45,144 nucleotides of DNA from a virus. Taxonomy: Duplodnaviria; Caudoviricetes. The translations under genes and the position numbers were made by a program. The notes beneath the pieces were generated by a model that was not told where the DNA came from, did no database searches, and saw only the letters and a list, made by a program, of their open reading frames with translations. Of this stretch, positions 35,188 through 44,007 are shown piece by piece; within the stretch, counting starts at the first letter, position 1; every line of letters starts with the position of its first letter. The DNA lies in the IMG/VR virus record IMGVR_UViG_3300032253_000005, positions 1-45,144 of that record. One strand, 5' to 3'.

Positions 35188-35986
35188 CGAATCGAACAGC
35201 GGCAACCCCGGCGAGATGCCGGGCGTGGACATGGGCGAGAGGCCCTCTTCACTCAGCCACGTTCCAGATGCAATGTGGGACACGCTTCCGACTGACGTCA
35301 GGCAGGCGCTCCGAGACGGAGCGGAACGCCAGGCGCAGAACCACAGCGAACAGGTCAGCCGGTACAAGGCTGCCCTGGACGAGCGAGCGCAGGCAGCGCC
35401 GCAGGAGCCGGAGAAGCCACGCACCCTCGCGGACCTGGACGACGATCGTCTGTCTCAGGTCGGCATCGGTGCGCTGGACAAGTTCTTCGGAGCTGCGACG
35501 GCGAACTTGGACGAGGAGCAGGCAGCCGAGTTCAAGGGCGTCAACGGCGCGGCGCTCTACGGACTCTTCGAAGCCATCGCTGAGAAGACAGCCCGCAGAG
35601 TCGCCGACAGCGCAGTGGTGGGAGTGACGTCGGAGCAGGCGCGCGAGACCATCCTGGCGGAGATCGACGAGATCGCCCCCGGGGCCATGGGCAACGCGGC
35701 TGATCCCATCCACATCCGAGCCGGCCAGCTGCTGAACGCGCAGATCGCCGAGCTGAACAGGATCGACCCGGTAGCTGCGCAGTCCGCGGCCGAAGACCCG
35801 GTGAGGATCCGAGAAGCGTTCCGCGTGGCGAAGCTGGAGACCGACCTGACCAGCAACCGCCGCCGGACTGCGCCCGCCCCGGATGCCAACAGCCACCAGG
35901 CTGTGTCCGAGCGAGCGCAGGCCCTCCGCCGGGATGGCAGACCGAGTGACGCCTTCGATGCTCTGATCCAGGCACACGTTCGATGA
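35183..35986 (+). CDS. Capsid scaffolding protein
   Basis: Acidic helical protein directly before the capsid gene. Confidence 0.7.
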   Translation: MSESNSGNPGEMPGVDMGERPSSLSHVPDAMWDTLPTDVRQALRDGAERQAQNHSEQVSRYKAALDERAQAAPQEPEKPRTLADLDDDRLSQVGIGALDKFFGAATANLDEEQAAEFKGVNGAALYGLFEAIAEKTARRVADSAVVGVTSEQARETILAEIDEIAPGAMGNAADPIHIRAGQLLNAQIAELNRIDPVAAQSAAEDPVRIREAFRVAKLETDLTSNRRRTAPAPDANSHQAVSERAQALRRDGRPSDAFDALIQAHVR

Positions 35987-36026
35987 CGTGACTGGCACCG
36001 AGCCTCGTTGAGCACGGAGTTCCACG

Positions 36027-36974
36027 ATGGCTGCCCCATACGGCACCTCTTTCGACTTCGGCGGGACCGTCAGCGGGAACGCCTCTGGCTTCGACACCGG
36101 CACGCGAGTGCTGGACATGCAGCCCGGCATCACCCTCCTGGCCCCGACGAAGACACCTCTTCTGTCGATGCTGAACAAGGACAACCCGCGGCTCGAGTCG
36201 TCCACGCCGAACTGGCTGAACGACGCGCTGGACGCGGTGAGCGACGACCCGATCGCCGAGGGCGCCGACTACGTCTTCACCGACCCGAGCGTCTCGACGC
36301 GCACGCAGAACGTCTGCCGCACGTTCGAGAAGACCGCGAAGGTCACCACCATCACGGAGGCCGAGGGCCACTACGACGGTGGCAGCAACAAGACCAGCGA
36401 GCGCTCGCACCAGCTGAAGCTCAAGTTCCTGGCGTACAAGCGGAACATCGAGTGGGCGCTGCTCAACTCGACGATCTCGCACACGTCCGAGGCCACCGCG
36501 TCCACGAACCGCGGCATCCTGGAGGCGATCTCTGACGCCGGCAACAGCACGACCGTCAGCGCCCCGCTCACCGAGACGAACTTCAAGGAGAACGGGCTCA
36601 AGCCGATCTACGACGCCGGCGTCGAACCGACAGACGTGTTCGCGACCTACGTTCAGCACGCGGTGATCGACGGCTTCACGGCCTCGGCGACGAAGTTCAT
36701 CGACGCCAACCAGAAGGAGGTCATCGACTACATCAACGTCTACGACAGCCTCCTGGGTCGCGTGAACCTCCACCTGGTGCGGGACCAGTACCTCGCCGAC
36801 GAGACGGTCTTCGCCTTCGACCGTTCGTTCTGGGAGTGGCGCTGGTTGATCCCGAGCCACTCGATGCCCGTGAACACGACCGGCCACTACTGGGCCAACG
36901 TCATCACCGGCACCGGCACGCTGATCCATCGCAACGGCAGCTCCGGCGCCTCGCTGCTCGACCTGGACACCTGA
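36027..36974 (+). CDS. Major capsid protein (DUF5309/SU10-like, HK97 fold)
   Basis: TPLLSM, W..D.L, EGAD, R..N....F.K...V..T..A, KR.IE.ALL motifs; strongest codon bias. Confidence 0.9.
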   Translation: MAAPYGTSFDFGGTVSGNASGFDTGTRVLDMQPGITLLAPTKTPLLSMLNKDNPRLESSTPNWLNDALDAVSDDPIAEGADYVFTDPSVSTRTQNVCRTFEKTAKVTTITEAEGHYDGGSNKTSERSHQLKLKFLAYKRNIEWALLNSTISHTSEATASTNRGILEAISDAGNSTTVSAPLTETNFKENGLKPIYDAGVEPTDVFATYVQHAVIDGFTASATKFIDANQKEVIDYINVYDSLLGRVNLHLVRDQYLADETVFAFDRSFWEWRWLIPSHSMPVNTTGHYWANVITGTGTLIHRNGSSGASLLDLDT

Positions 36975-36980
36975 GCGATC

Positions 36981-37361
36981 ATGGCTGACCTCATCATCAT
37001 CACCGACTCCTGGCTCCGTGAGCGCGTGAAGAACGCGATCAAAGCTTGGAAGGAGATGGACCCGAGTGGCCCGCGCAAGGCGCGCAAGGTCGCTGCGGGG
37101 AAGAGGTCTGCCCTGATGCGTCAGAACGGGATGTCGGACAGTGGCGATCTGTCGCTGTCCGGCATCCTGCCAGCGCAACTCGTCGAGATCCTGGCGATGG
37201 ACGAGACCGAGTCCGAGAGGATCTGGGGCTACAAGTGCGGTATGGGCTACCACAACTACTCGACCCAGGATCACCGCATCAACGACATCATCTTCCAGGA
37301 GCTGCCCGACCTGAAGGTGAGCAGCCTCTGGGGCGCTCCGGCAGGCAGGGGGCAGTCGTGA
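36981..37361 (+). CDS. Hypothetical protein (head region)
   Basis: 126 aa directly after MCP. Confidence 0.7.
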   Translation: MADLIIITDSWLRERVKNAIKAWKEMDPSGPRKARKVAAGKRSALMRQNGMSDSGDLSLSGILPAQLVEILAMDETESERIWGYKCGMGYHNYSTQDHRINDIIFQELPDLKVSSLWGAPAGRGQS

Positions 37362-37735
37362 CTGAGAACTACCTGGCTGGCCACTCGATCTTCGGACAGG
37401 CTGCTGCGCCCGAGACCGCTGCTGCGCTTGGCGACCTGGCTGCACCGGCGTCTGCGTCGAAGCCCCGCCTGGGCGCCGGTGACTTGGCCCCCGTGCTCTA
37501 CGAGGAGACCGACAAGCACGGCCTCGGGCAGAGTGGCGAAGAGGTCAGCGAAGAGGCCCGGTGGGTCATCGAGTACGCGCTCGGCAAGGTCGGCATCGAG
37601 AACGCCGGCGAGTTGCGCCAGTGGCTGTCTGCTGTCCTGGGTGCTGCCGCGAGCGGGCGTCCCTTGCGCGGCATGGGCCAGGTCGTGAACTACATCCAGC
37701 GGTCGGCGCGGGCCGTAGACAGCCGGGGGTTCTAG
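37358..37735 (+). CDS. Hypothetical protein
   Basis: GTGA overlap, GTG start 37358. Confidence 0.6.
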   Translation: MTENYLAGHSIFGQAAAPETAAALGDLAAPASASKPRLGAGDLAPVLYEETDKHGLGQSGEEVSEEARWVIEYALGKVGIENAGELRQWLSAVLGAAASGRPLRGMGQVVNYIQRSARAVDSRGF

Positions 37736-37917
37736 TGCCTGATCCCGTGCTTGAGCCAGTGTTCGCGGTGCTCGAGAGCGGCGAGGTCCGTCACTCGATG
37801 CCCGCCGCGGATGCCGCGCAGAAGATCGCCGACGCCATCGACAACGGGCTGACCGTTGATGCTGCCGTGGCGGTCGTGCTTCGTGAGATGAAGCGCCTGT
37901 CCAGGCTGGTTCGATGA
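37735..37917 (+). CDS. Hypothetical protein (60 aa)
   Basis: TAGTG and ATGA overlaps. Confidence 0.55.
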   Translation: MPDPVLEPVFAVLESGEVRHSMPAADAAQKIADAIDNGLTVDAAVAVVLREMKRLSRLVR

Positions 37918-38351
37918 CGAACATCGGCGAGAACCTCGCCGCCTGGATGACGCGCACCTTCCGCGTCGGGCCTCAGTCGCTGGGCGTGACACCGTCACTG
38001 AGCGATGGGTCGAACTACTACGACGAGGCAACGATCTACCAGGGGCACCCGGCACCGCAGAAGGCTTACGCAGTGATCGGCAACGGCTTCGTGACACAGA
38101 CAGGGGCTGCCTACGTCACGGTGGTCGAGGAGAACCTCGGCAGAATCGGCGGAGTGACAATCTGCAACCCGCTTTCCGTCGGAGGATGGGATGTGTTCCT
38201 GTCCTTCAACGACGAGTCACTGGGCGCGAACGGCCTGCTGCTCAAGAAGGGCACGGTGCGAGAGATACAAACGACCGCGAAGATCCGGGCCTACGTCCCG
38301 GCGAGCGCCGGGCCCATGAACATTTCCTACGTTGAACTCGGAGTCGAGTAG
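37914..38351 (+). CDS. Probable virion beta-sandwich protein
   Basis: I.N......VFLSF......NGLLL..G pattern of phage decoration-type domains. Confidence 0.55.
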   Translation: MTNIGENLAAWMTRTFRVGPQSLGVTPSLSDGSNYYDEATIYQGHPAPQKAYAVIGNGFVTQTGAAYVTVVEENLGRIGGVTICNPLSVGGWDVFLSFNDESLGANGLLLKKGTVREIQTTAKIRAYVPASAGPMNISYVELGVE

Positions 38352-39916
38352 TGGCCACGCGATACGAACCTACCTTCCTGCCCGAGACGACCGTCGGCGT
38401 TGGTACGCTCGACGAGTTGGACATCCCGTATGTCCCGAGCGACACGTCGGCCGGCACCGAGGCACAGAAGATCGACCGCTACCCGCCCTGGCACAGCAAG
38501 CCGCAGGCCGGGCACCCGACCCTGGTGCTGATCTCGTTCTCGAGCTTCACCTACAGTCACCGCGCCCCGAACGGAGTGTCCTTCCAGCTCGGGCCGGGGT
38601 CCGACAACGCGATGCTGCGCGTGGCCTATGAGGCCCAGCGCGAAGGCGTCCAGGTCATCATGGCCAGCGTGTCCGTGGCCCGCGGTGGCTCGACAGGAAA
38701 CAACACGAGCGACGCCTCCTACGATCCCCCGAACAGCCTGTACGACAGTGCGTACACCGAAGGCAACGGGACGTTCATCCCGCCCGGCGAAAACCCGCAG
38801 GGAAACGCGACCGCGCCGTTCGCTGACTTCGACTACCCGATGGCCATCAAGGACGTGGCCTGGATCGTCCAGAAGCTGAAGGAGGACGCAGTCGGCCTGG
38901 AGGTCGACCCCGACAACATCGTCCTCATGGGCTCGTCGGCCGCCGGGTTCACCTCGGCCTTTACGGCTTTGAGCGCTGACCTGAGCGCCCACTTCGCAGC
39001 CGGCAGCGACACCCAGAACGCCCAGTCGACGCGCATCAAGGGCTGGATTCCATGGAGCACGCCGACCTTCATGCCGGCGATGAAGCCATCGACCTCCATC
39101 GCCCACGCCTTCCCGACGATCGCTGACCAGGACATCCCTGCTGCACTGCTCAACGACGTCTACCCGTCCACGACGATCGACGACACGAACTACCAGTGGC
39201 GTCTGTCCCCGCTGCACTACGCCGACCCGGCAAACGGCGTGCAGACCTTGGCGATCTACGAGTCCCCGTCGGTCTCCAAGCAGATCAGCAAGAACAACGA
39301 CACGATCACGCTGGGCGAGGAGACCGACTTCCACGGCCTACGCCACGGCGCCGCGCTGCGCGACCGTCTTCCGTCGCACGTCAAGCTGATCTACTCACCG
39401 TCGGCCGAGAACTACGATGCCTACACCCAGGCACGCAACCTGTTCGGCATCGAGGACGAGATCCTCGTGCAAGAGAACGGGAACCAGGCCGATGAGTTGG
39501 TGACCTACGTCATCGACTGGCTGCTCACGCTGGTTGGCCTGAAGATCACCTTGCCGTCGAACGTGGCTCTGCCCTACGGAGCTGCGATCTGCAAGGAGCA
39601 CAACATCATCATCCCGACCGCCGGCAGCTACCATCGCGTCTTGCGGGCCAACCCTCGCCGCGCCGGCCCGGTGACGGTTCAGATCCAGTCCACGGACCCG
39701 GCGTACCCAGGGACAGAGTTCCAGGTTCGCTGGGCAACCAACCCAGTGACCCCGACGCTCGGCATCTTCCAGACGAACTACGGTGCGCTTGACACGGTCG
39801 CTGGCAGCAAGAGAGAGACCCTCCGGCTCGACATCGGCGGCGGCGAGTTATGGGTGACGCATCGAGTGGGGACTCCCGGCAACCACTTCGCCTCTGTCCT
39901 TGAGCCGACCTACTGA
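38351..39916 (+). CDS. Alpha/beta-hydrolase (esterase-like) virion-associated protein
   Basis: IKDVAWIVQKLK......VDPDNIVLMGSSAAG nucleophile elbow; candidate His in DFHG..HG; C-terminal beta domain. Confidence 0.7.
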   Translation: MATRYEPTFLPETTVGVGTLDELDIPYVPSDTSAGTEAQKIDRYPPWHSKPQAGHPTLVLISFSSFTYSHRAPNGVSFQLGPGSDNAMLRVAYEAQREGVQVIMASVSVARGGSTGNNTSDASYDPPNSLYDSAYTEGNGTFIPPGENPQGNATAPFADFDYPMAIKDVAWIVQKLKEDAVGLEVDPDNIVLMGSSAAGFTSAFTALSADLSAHFAAGSDTQNAQSTRIKGWIPWSTPTFMPAMKPSTSIAHAFPTIADQDIPAALLNDVYPSTTIDDTNYQWRLSPLHYADPANGVQTLAIYESPSVSKQISKNNDTITLGEETDFHGLRHGAALRDRLPSHVKLIYSPSAENYDAYTQARNLFGIEDEILVQENGNQADELVTYVIDWLLTLVGLKITLPSNVALPYGAAICKEHNIIIPTAGSYHRVLRANPRRAGPVTVQIQSTDPAYPGTEFQVRWATNPVTPTLGIFQTNYGALDTVAGSKRETLRLDIGGGELWVTHRVGTPGNHFASVLEPTY

Positions 39917-40962
39917 TGCCTGACATGGGCTACAAGTCGCTCGGTGGCATCCTCGCCGCCATCGCTGCGAACTTCCGGCAGGGGCTGAACACTCAGCCGG
40001 GCTTCAAGGCGCACGCCACCGAGGCCGTGAACCAGGCGCTCGAGATGGCGGCAGACGCGCAGGAGTGGCCGGAGCTGGGGAAGAACACCGACCTCCTGCT
40101 CACCGTGCAGGGCGACGCAGACACCGACACGATGAAGCTGGGCTCGACCTACTTTGTCGCGCCGTGGGATGCGGCCCGCGTCGACTCGATCGCGATGAAC
40201 ACGCCGACCCGGTACTCCATGTCGGAAGTCAGTCGCGAGCAGATGCTCCACATGATGACGGGCTTCTCTCCTGGCTCGACCGGGCAGCCCAAGTATTTCA
40301 CCCAGTGGGGGCGCACGGCACAGCACGTTGCTCTCGCCGCGGAAGGTGCGCTCACGGTCCTGAGCGACTCCACGCTGAACAGCAGCGACGAGTCGAACCT
40401 CCGCGTCGGGGTGACCTACAAGCAGGCCGGGCATCACCTGGGTGAGTCGCGCCTGGTCTACGTCGAGGGAGACTTCGACACGGGCGTTGCCCTGCCAGTT
40501 GACGCCGTGCTGGGCTGGCCGATCGAGAGCGTGGATCTTCCCAGCGGGTGGGCTGGGACGCTGACGATCCAGGACGCCTCGGCCAACGTCATCGTCGACC
40601 TACCGACAGCGCTGCTGCCCAACTCCGCGGCGACCACGTCGGCGTCCAGGTACGCACGGCAGTTGTACCGCACCGAAGTCTCAACGGACTCCGACCGCGG
40701 CGGCTACATGAGTTGGCGCACCTCACCTCGCCGCCTCTCCGCCGACAGTGACATCCCGGACATCCCGTGCGCCAAGTACCTGATCGACATGGCGACGGCG
40801 ATCCTCTGGGGATCACGCGGCGCCGTCGTGCAAGAGCGCCTCTTCGCCGCGAAGGCCGATGAGTACATCTCCCCGAAGGCCGGGTCGAAGAAGAAGAGGA
40901 ACAAGGTCGCAGCCCCGATGTTCGGCAACATCGTCGGCATGACCGGCACCGTGGAGCGGTAG
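39916..40962 (+). CDS. Probable head-tail adaptor (tail tubular protein A-like)
   Basis: VNQA......WP.L, TGQPKYF, L..DSDIPDIP....LI..A motifs; position before nozzle. Confidence 0.7.
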   Translation: MPDMGYKSLGGILAAIAANFRQGLNTQPGFKAHATEAVNQALEMAADAQEWPELGKNTDLLLTVQGDADTDTMKLGSTYFVAPWDAARVDSIAMNTPTRYSMSEVSREQMLHMMTGFSPGSTGQPKYFTQWGRTAQHVALAAEGALTVLSDSTLNSSDESNLRVGVTYKQAGHHLGESRLVYVEGDFDTGVALPVDAVLGWPIESVDLPSGWAGTLTIQDASANVIVDLPTALLPNSAATTSASRYARQLYRTEVSTDSDRGGYMSWRTSPRRLSADSDIPDIPCAKYLIDMATAILWGSRGAVVQERLFAAKADEYISPKAGSKKKRNKVAAPMFGNIVGMTGTVER

Positions 40963-40963
40963 G

Positions 40964-42730
40964 ATGCCAGCGCAGACGACACGGGACCCGCCGGAGAAGG
41001 TTGCGTTCATCTCCGACCCGCTGCTCGGTGGCATGAACTCCAGGATCTCGGCGCAGAACATCCGCGCTGACCAGGCCGCCGAACTCATCAACGTGAGCCT
41101 GGACGATCCGAGCGAGCCGCGGAAGCGCGAGGGCTTCGCCAAGGCGAACATCGGCTCGAGCGGGATGAGGAACATCGACCTCCGCATCGCCGCGCTCTAC
41201 GAGCTTGACCTCGGGCCAGGCTCGCGGCTGATGCTCGCTGCCGTGCCCGGCGACGAAGGCGGGGTCTACATGACCGTCAGCCCGTCGTCTTCGGCGTGGG
41301 TCGAGGCGAAGCTGCCCGACGGTCGCTCGCTGAACATCGGCGCCGACTCTGCCGTCATCGGCCGCGGTCACGATGCTGTCTGGGTGATGCCTCCGTCCGG
41401 GATCAACGCTCACGCGATCAAGACCGACGGCACGATCATCGACTGCGGCGACGAGAACGGTAGCCCGCCGCGAGAGGCCGTGGACGTGGTCTCCGGCATG
41501 GCTCGCAACTGGATCATCACGCGGGACGCGACCTACTTCAGCAAGCTCTACCCGAGCGCTGACGACCTGGAAGAGAAGACGGCTTTCGACCGCCAGGTCG
41601 ATTGGATCAAGACGGCCCCCGGGAGCGGATCGACCTACGTCGCCGGCAGGTTCTGGCGAGGACAGTCGTTGATGCTCTTTGGGGACCGGCAGATCGACCG
41701 CATCGCAGTGAACCCGGCAGACCCGCTGGACTCCTCGATCCACGTTGCTGAACCGCAGTACGGCTGCTCTGCTCGCAACAGCATCGTCTCAGTCGGCGAG
41801 TCGATGTTCTTCCTGGACCAGTTCTACGAGTTCCGCGAGCTGCGCCAGACGATCCAGGCGTCCATCTCGGGCGTCTCCGCGACTCCGGTCTCCGAGGCCA
41901 TCCGCACAGAGCTGTCGGTAGACGGAAGGATCAACAAGGAGAACGCGCACAAGTGCTGGTCTGCCCTGAGTGGGCCGCGTGTGCTGCTGTTCTACCCGCG
42001 TGACGCCAGCACCGAGCCAGACGCAGTCGCTGTCTACAACTCAGAGCTGCGGACGTGGGAGGGTATCTGGCTGCTGGGCAGGCCCATGTCGAGCGGACTC
42101 ATGTCGGACATCGACGGACCGATGCGGCTCTACTCGACCGACGGCGGAGTGGGCGATGACTCGACAGCCATGCTCTACCGATGGGGCGGCGTTCATTCCG
42201 ACGATGGCGCGTCGATCACCTACCGCGAGACCACGCGGGCGTTCACCGGCACGAACCCGCGTGACGTCTGGGTGCCGGAGGACGTGGCCTACACCGTGGA
42301 CGGCGACGTAGGGGCCCAGTGCGACGTGAGCCTGAGAACGGGCCACAACGACGCGCTGAAGCGGATCAGCACCGTGACGATCGCCGCGTCCCCAGCCTCG
42401 AGCTTCCCGCTGGTCGACCCCGTCGACTTCTCGGTCGTTGACCCGACCGACTTCCCGCTCATCGACGCCTCGCCCCAGGTCATGTCTCAGCGGACGATGA
42501 TCTATGCCGAGTACGAGGGTGACGGCCCGCTCTACAAGGGAATCTGGCCACTCTTCTCCATGGACGCCCCGATCTTCGACGCGGGCTACGGCGCCGAACC
42601 AGGCCAGTTCATGCAGATCAGGATCGAGGAGACCAGCCGTAAGTCGTTTGTACGAAAGAACTTCGCACTGTCTGCGTCCCCTGATAGGATCGTTGACGAG
42701 AGCGGCTACGCAGACCTGGACTTCGACTGA
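40964..42730 (+). CDS. Probable tail nozzle (tail tubular protein B-like)
   Basis: GGMN, N........KR.G, GC.A..SI beta-propeller pattern; 588 aa. Confidence 0.75.
   Translation: MPAQTTRDPPEKVAFISDPLLGGMNSRISAQNIRADQAAELINVSLDDPSEPRKREGFAKANIGSSGMRNIDLRIAALYELDLGPGSRLMLAAVPGDEGGVYMTVSPSSSAWVEAKLPDGRSLNIGADSAVIGRGHDAVWVMPPSGINAHAIKTDGTIIDCGDENGSPPREAVDVVSGMARNWIITRDATYFSKLYPSADDLEEKTAFDRQVDWIKTAPGSGSTYVAGRFWRGQSLMLFGDRQIDRIAVNPADPLDSSIHVAEPQYGCSARNSIVSVGESMFFLDQFYEFRELRQTIQASISGVSATPVSEAIRTELSVDGRINKENAHKCWSALSGPRVLLFYPRDASTEPDAVAVYNSELRTWEGIWLLGRPMSSGLMSDIDGPMRLYSTDGGVGDDSTAMLYRWGGVHSDDGASITYRETTRAFTGTNPRDVWVPEDVAYTVDGDVGAQCDVSLRTGHNDALKRISTVTIAASPASSFPLVDPVDFSVVDPTDFPLIDASPQVMSQRTMIYAEYEGDGPLYKGIWPLFSMDAPIFDAGYGAEPGQFMQIRIEETSRKSFVRKNFALSASPDRIVDESGYADLDFD
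42638..42666. promoter_or_regulatory. Site S6 CGTAAGTCGTTTGTACGAAAGAACTTCGC inside the nozzle 3' end
   Basis: Perfect left arm, ACTT in register, inner TTT/AAA symmetry, rare AT-rich codons. Confidence 0.55.
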
Positions 42731-44007
42731 TGGCCACCGCAAAACTGACCGTCACAGCGCCGATCGACCTCGTCACAGCGGGGCAGATCGACAGCATCGC
42801 GCAGCTGGTGTCGACGCTGCTCACCGACGCGAGCTACGGCGACGTTACTCAGTCGCACTTCAAGCAGTCGGTCTGCACTCCGATTGCCATCGGGCCCACC
42901 GCTCCGGCCAGCCCGTTCGTCGGGCTGCACTGGTGGGACACGTCGGGCACGAGGGCGGTGCTCAAGGCGTACACGGGCTCGACATGGCATCCGGTCAGCC
43001 ACTACCGGCAGGAGTTGGAGCCGGCCGCTGCTGTCGCTGGGGATCTCTGGTACGACGAGACCCTCAAGATGTTGCGGATCTACGAGACCGAGGACGAGAT
43101 CACGGGCTGGCACCCGGTGTCTCTGAGCTACCAGCTCATGGAGAACGAAGGGGCCCAGCCGATCGAGGCAGAGCACGTCGTCTCCCACATCGCACCGGTC
43201 GGGTCCAAGCGCCCCTGCTCGATCACCGGCGGCTCCGAGAAGCTGACCAACATCCGCGGCGTGGCGCTCGAGGACATCGCCGTCACGTCGCCGGCATCGC
43301 ACGGCGTTGTCGCGGTGGTCGGCGGCGGGGCCACGGTGACCGTCAAGGTCGACACGAACACGCACGCGCTGCTCGTCGGTGAGTGGCTCGTCTCCAGCAC
43401 GACTGCCGGCGTGTCGCGCTCCGCCGGCCAGGCCGTCATCAATCCCTACGTCTCCTCGACCGTGCGCCAGTGGGGCAAGCCGCTCGGCGCCTTCGCCCAG
43501 GCCATGGAGAGCAACTCGTCCGGCAGCACGGTGTCCATCGTCGTCCGCATCGCTGACGCGCTCGGCGAGGGCATGATGGTGAAGTTCACCGGCAAGCAGA
43601 TCATCGCGCTGGGCGACACGATCCCCGGCGGCTCGATCCTCGACGTGACCACGACCGTCGATGGCACCAGTCGCGACGTGGACCTGGAGGACACCCCGCG
43701 ATCCGGGACGTCGGTACTGGAGTCGGACAAGCACGGCCCCATCGCTGGCGCGTACATCTCAGCGCACATCTCCCTCGCGGGCAACGCGAATGAGATCGTC
43801 ACGATGTCGTTCGAGGATCACGAGCTGCACATCGGCGGGTACACGTCAGCTCCGGGCGCCGACATCCGCGGCTCGATGTCCGACGTGTTCGCGATCACCG
43901 ACGACGGGGCCGGAGCGATGGGTCAACTGCTCGCGGTCAGCGGGTCGACGACCACCGCCGCGGCACCGAACGGCTACGACATCTACTGCACGGGCTACCT
44001 CTGCTGA
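42730..44007 (+). CDS. Tail fibre-like protein
   Basis: Two P..P..G..W.D...L..Y....WHPVS repeats typical of phage fibres. Confidence 0.65.
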   Translation: MATAKLTVTAPIDLVTAGQIDSIAQLVSTLLTDASYGDVTQSHFKQSVCTPIAIGPTAPASPFVGLHWWDTSGTRAVLKAYTGSTWHPVSHYRQELEPAAAVAGDLWYDETLKMLRIYETEDEITGWHPVSLSYQLMENEGAQPIEAEHVVSHIAPVGSKRPCSITGGSEKLTNIRGVALEDIAVTSPASHGVVAVVGGGATVTVKVDTNTHALLVGEWLVSSTTAGVSRSAGQAVINPYVSSTVRQWGKPLGAFAQAMESNSSGSTVSIVVRIADALGEGMMVKFTGKQIIALGDTIPGGSILDVTTTVDGTSRDVDLEDTPRSGTSVLESDKHGPIAGAYISAHISLAGNANEIVTMSFEDHELHIGGYTSAPGADIRGSMSDVFAITDDGAGAMGQLLAVSGSTTTAAAPNGYDIYCTGYLC

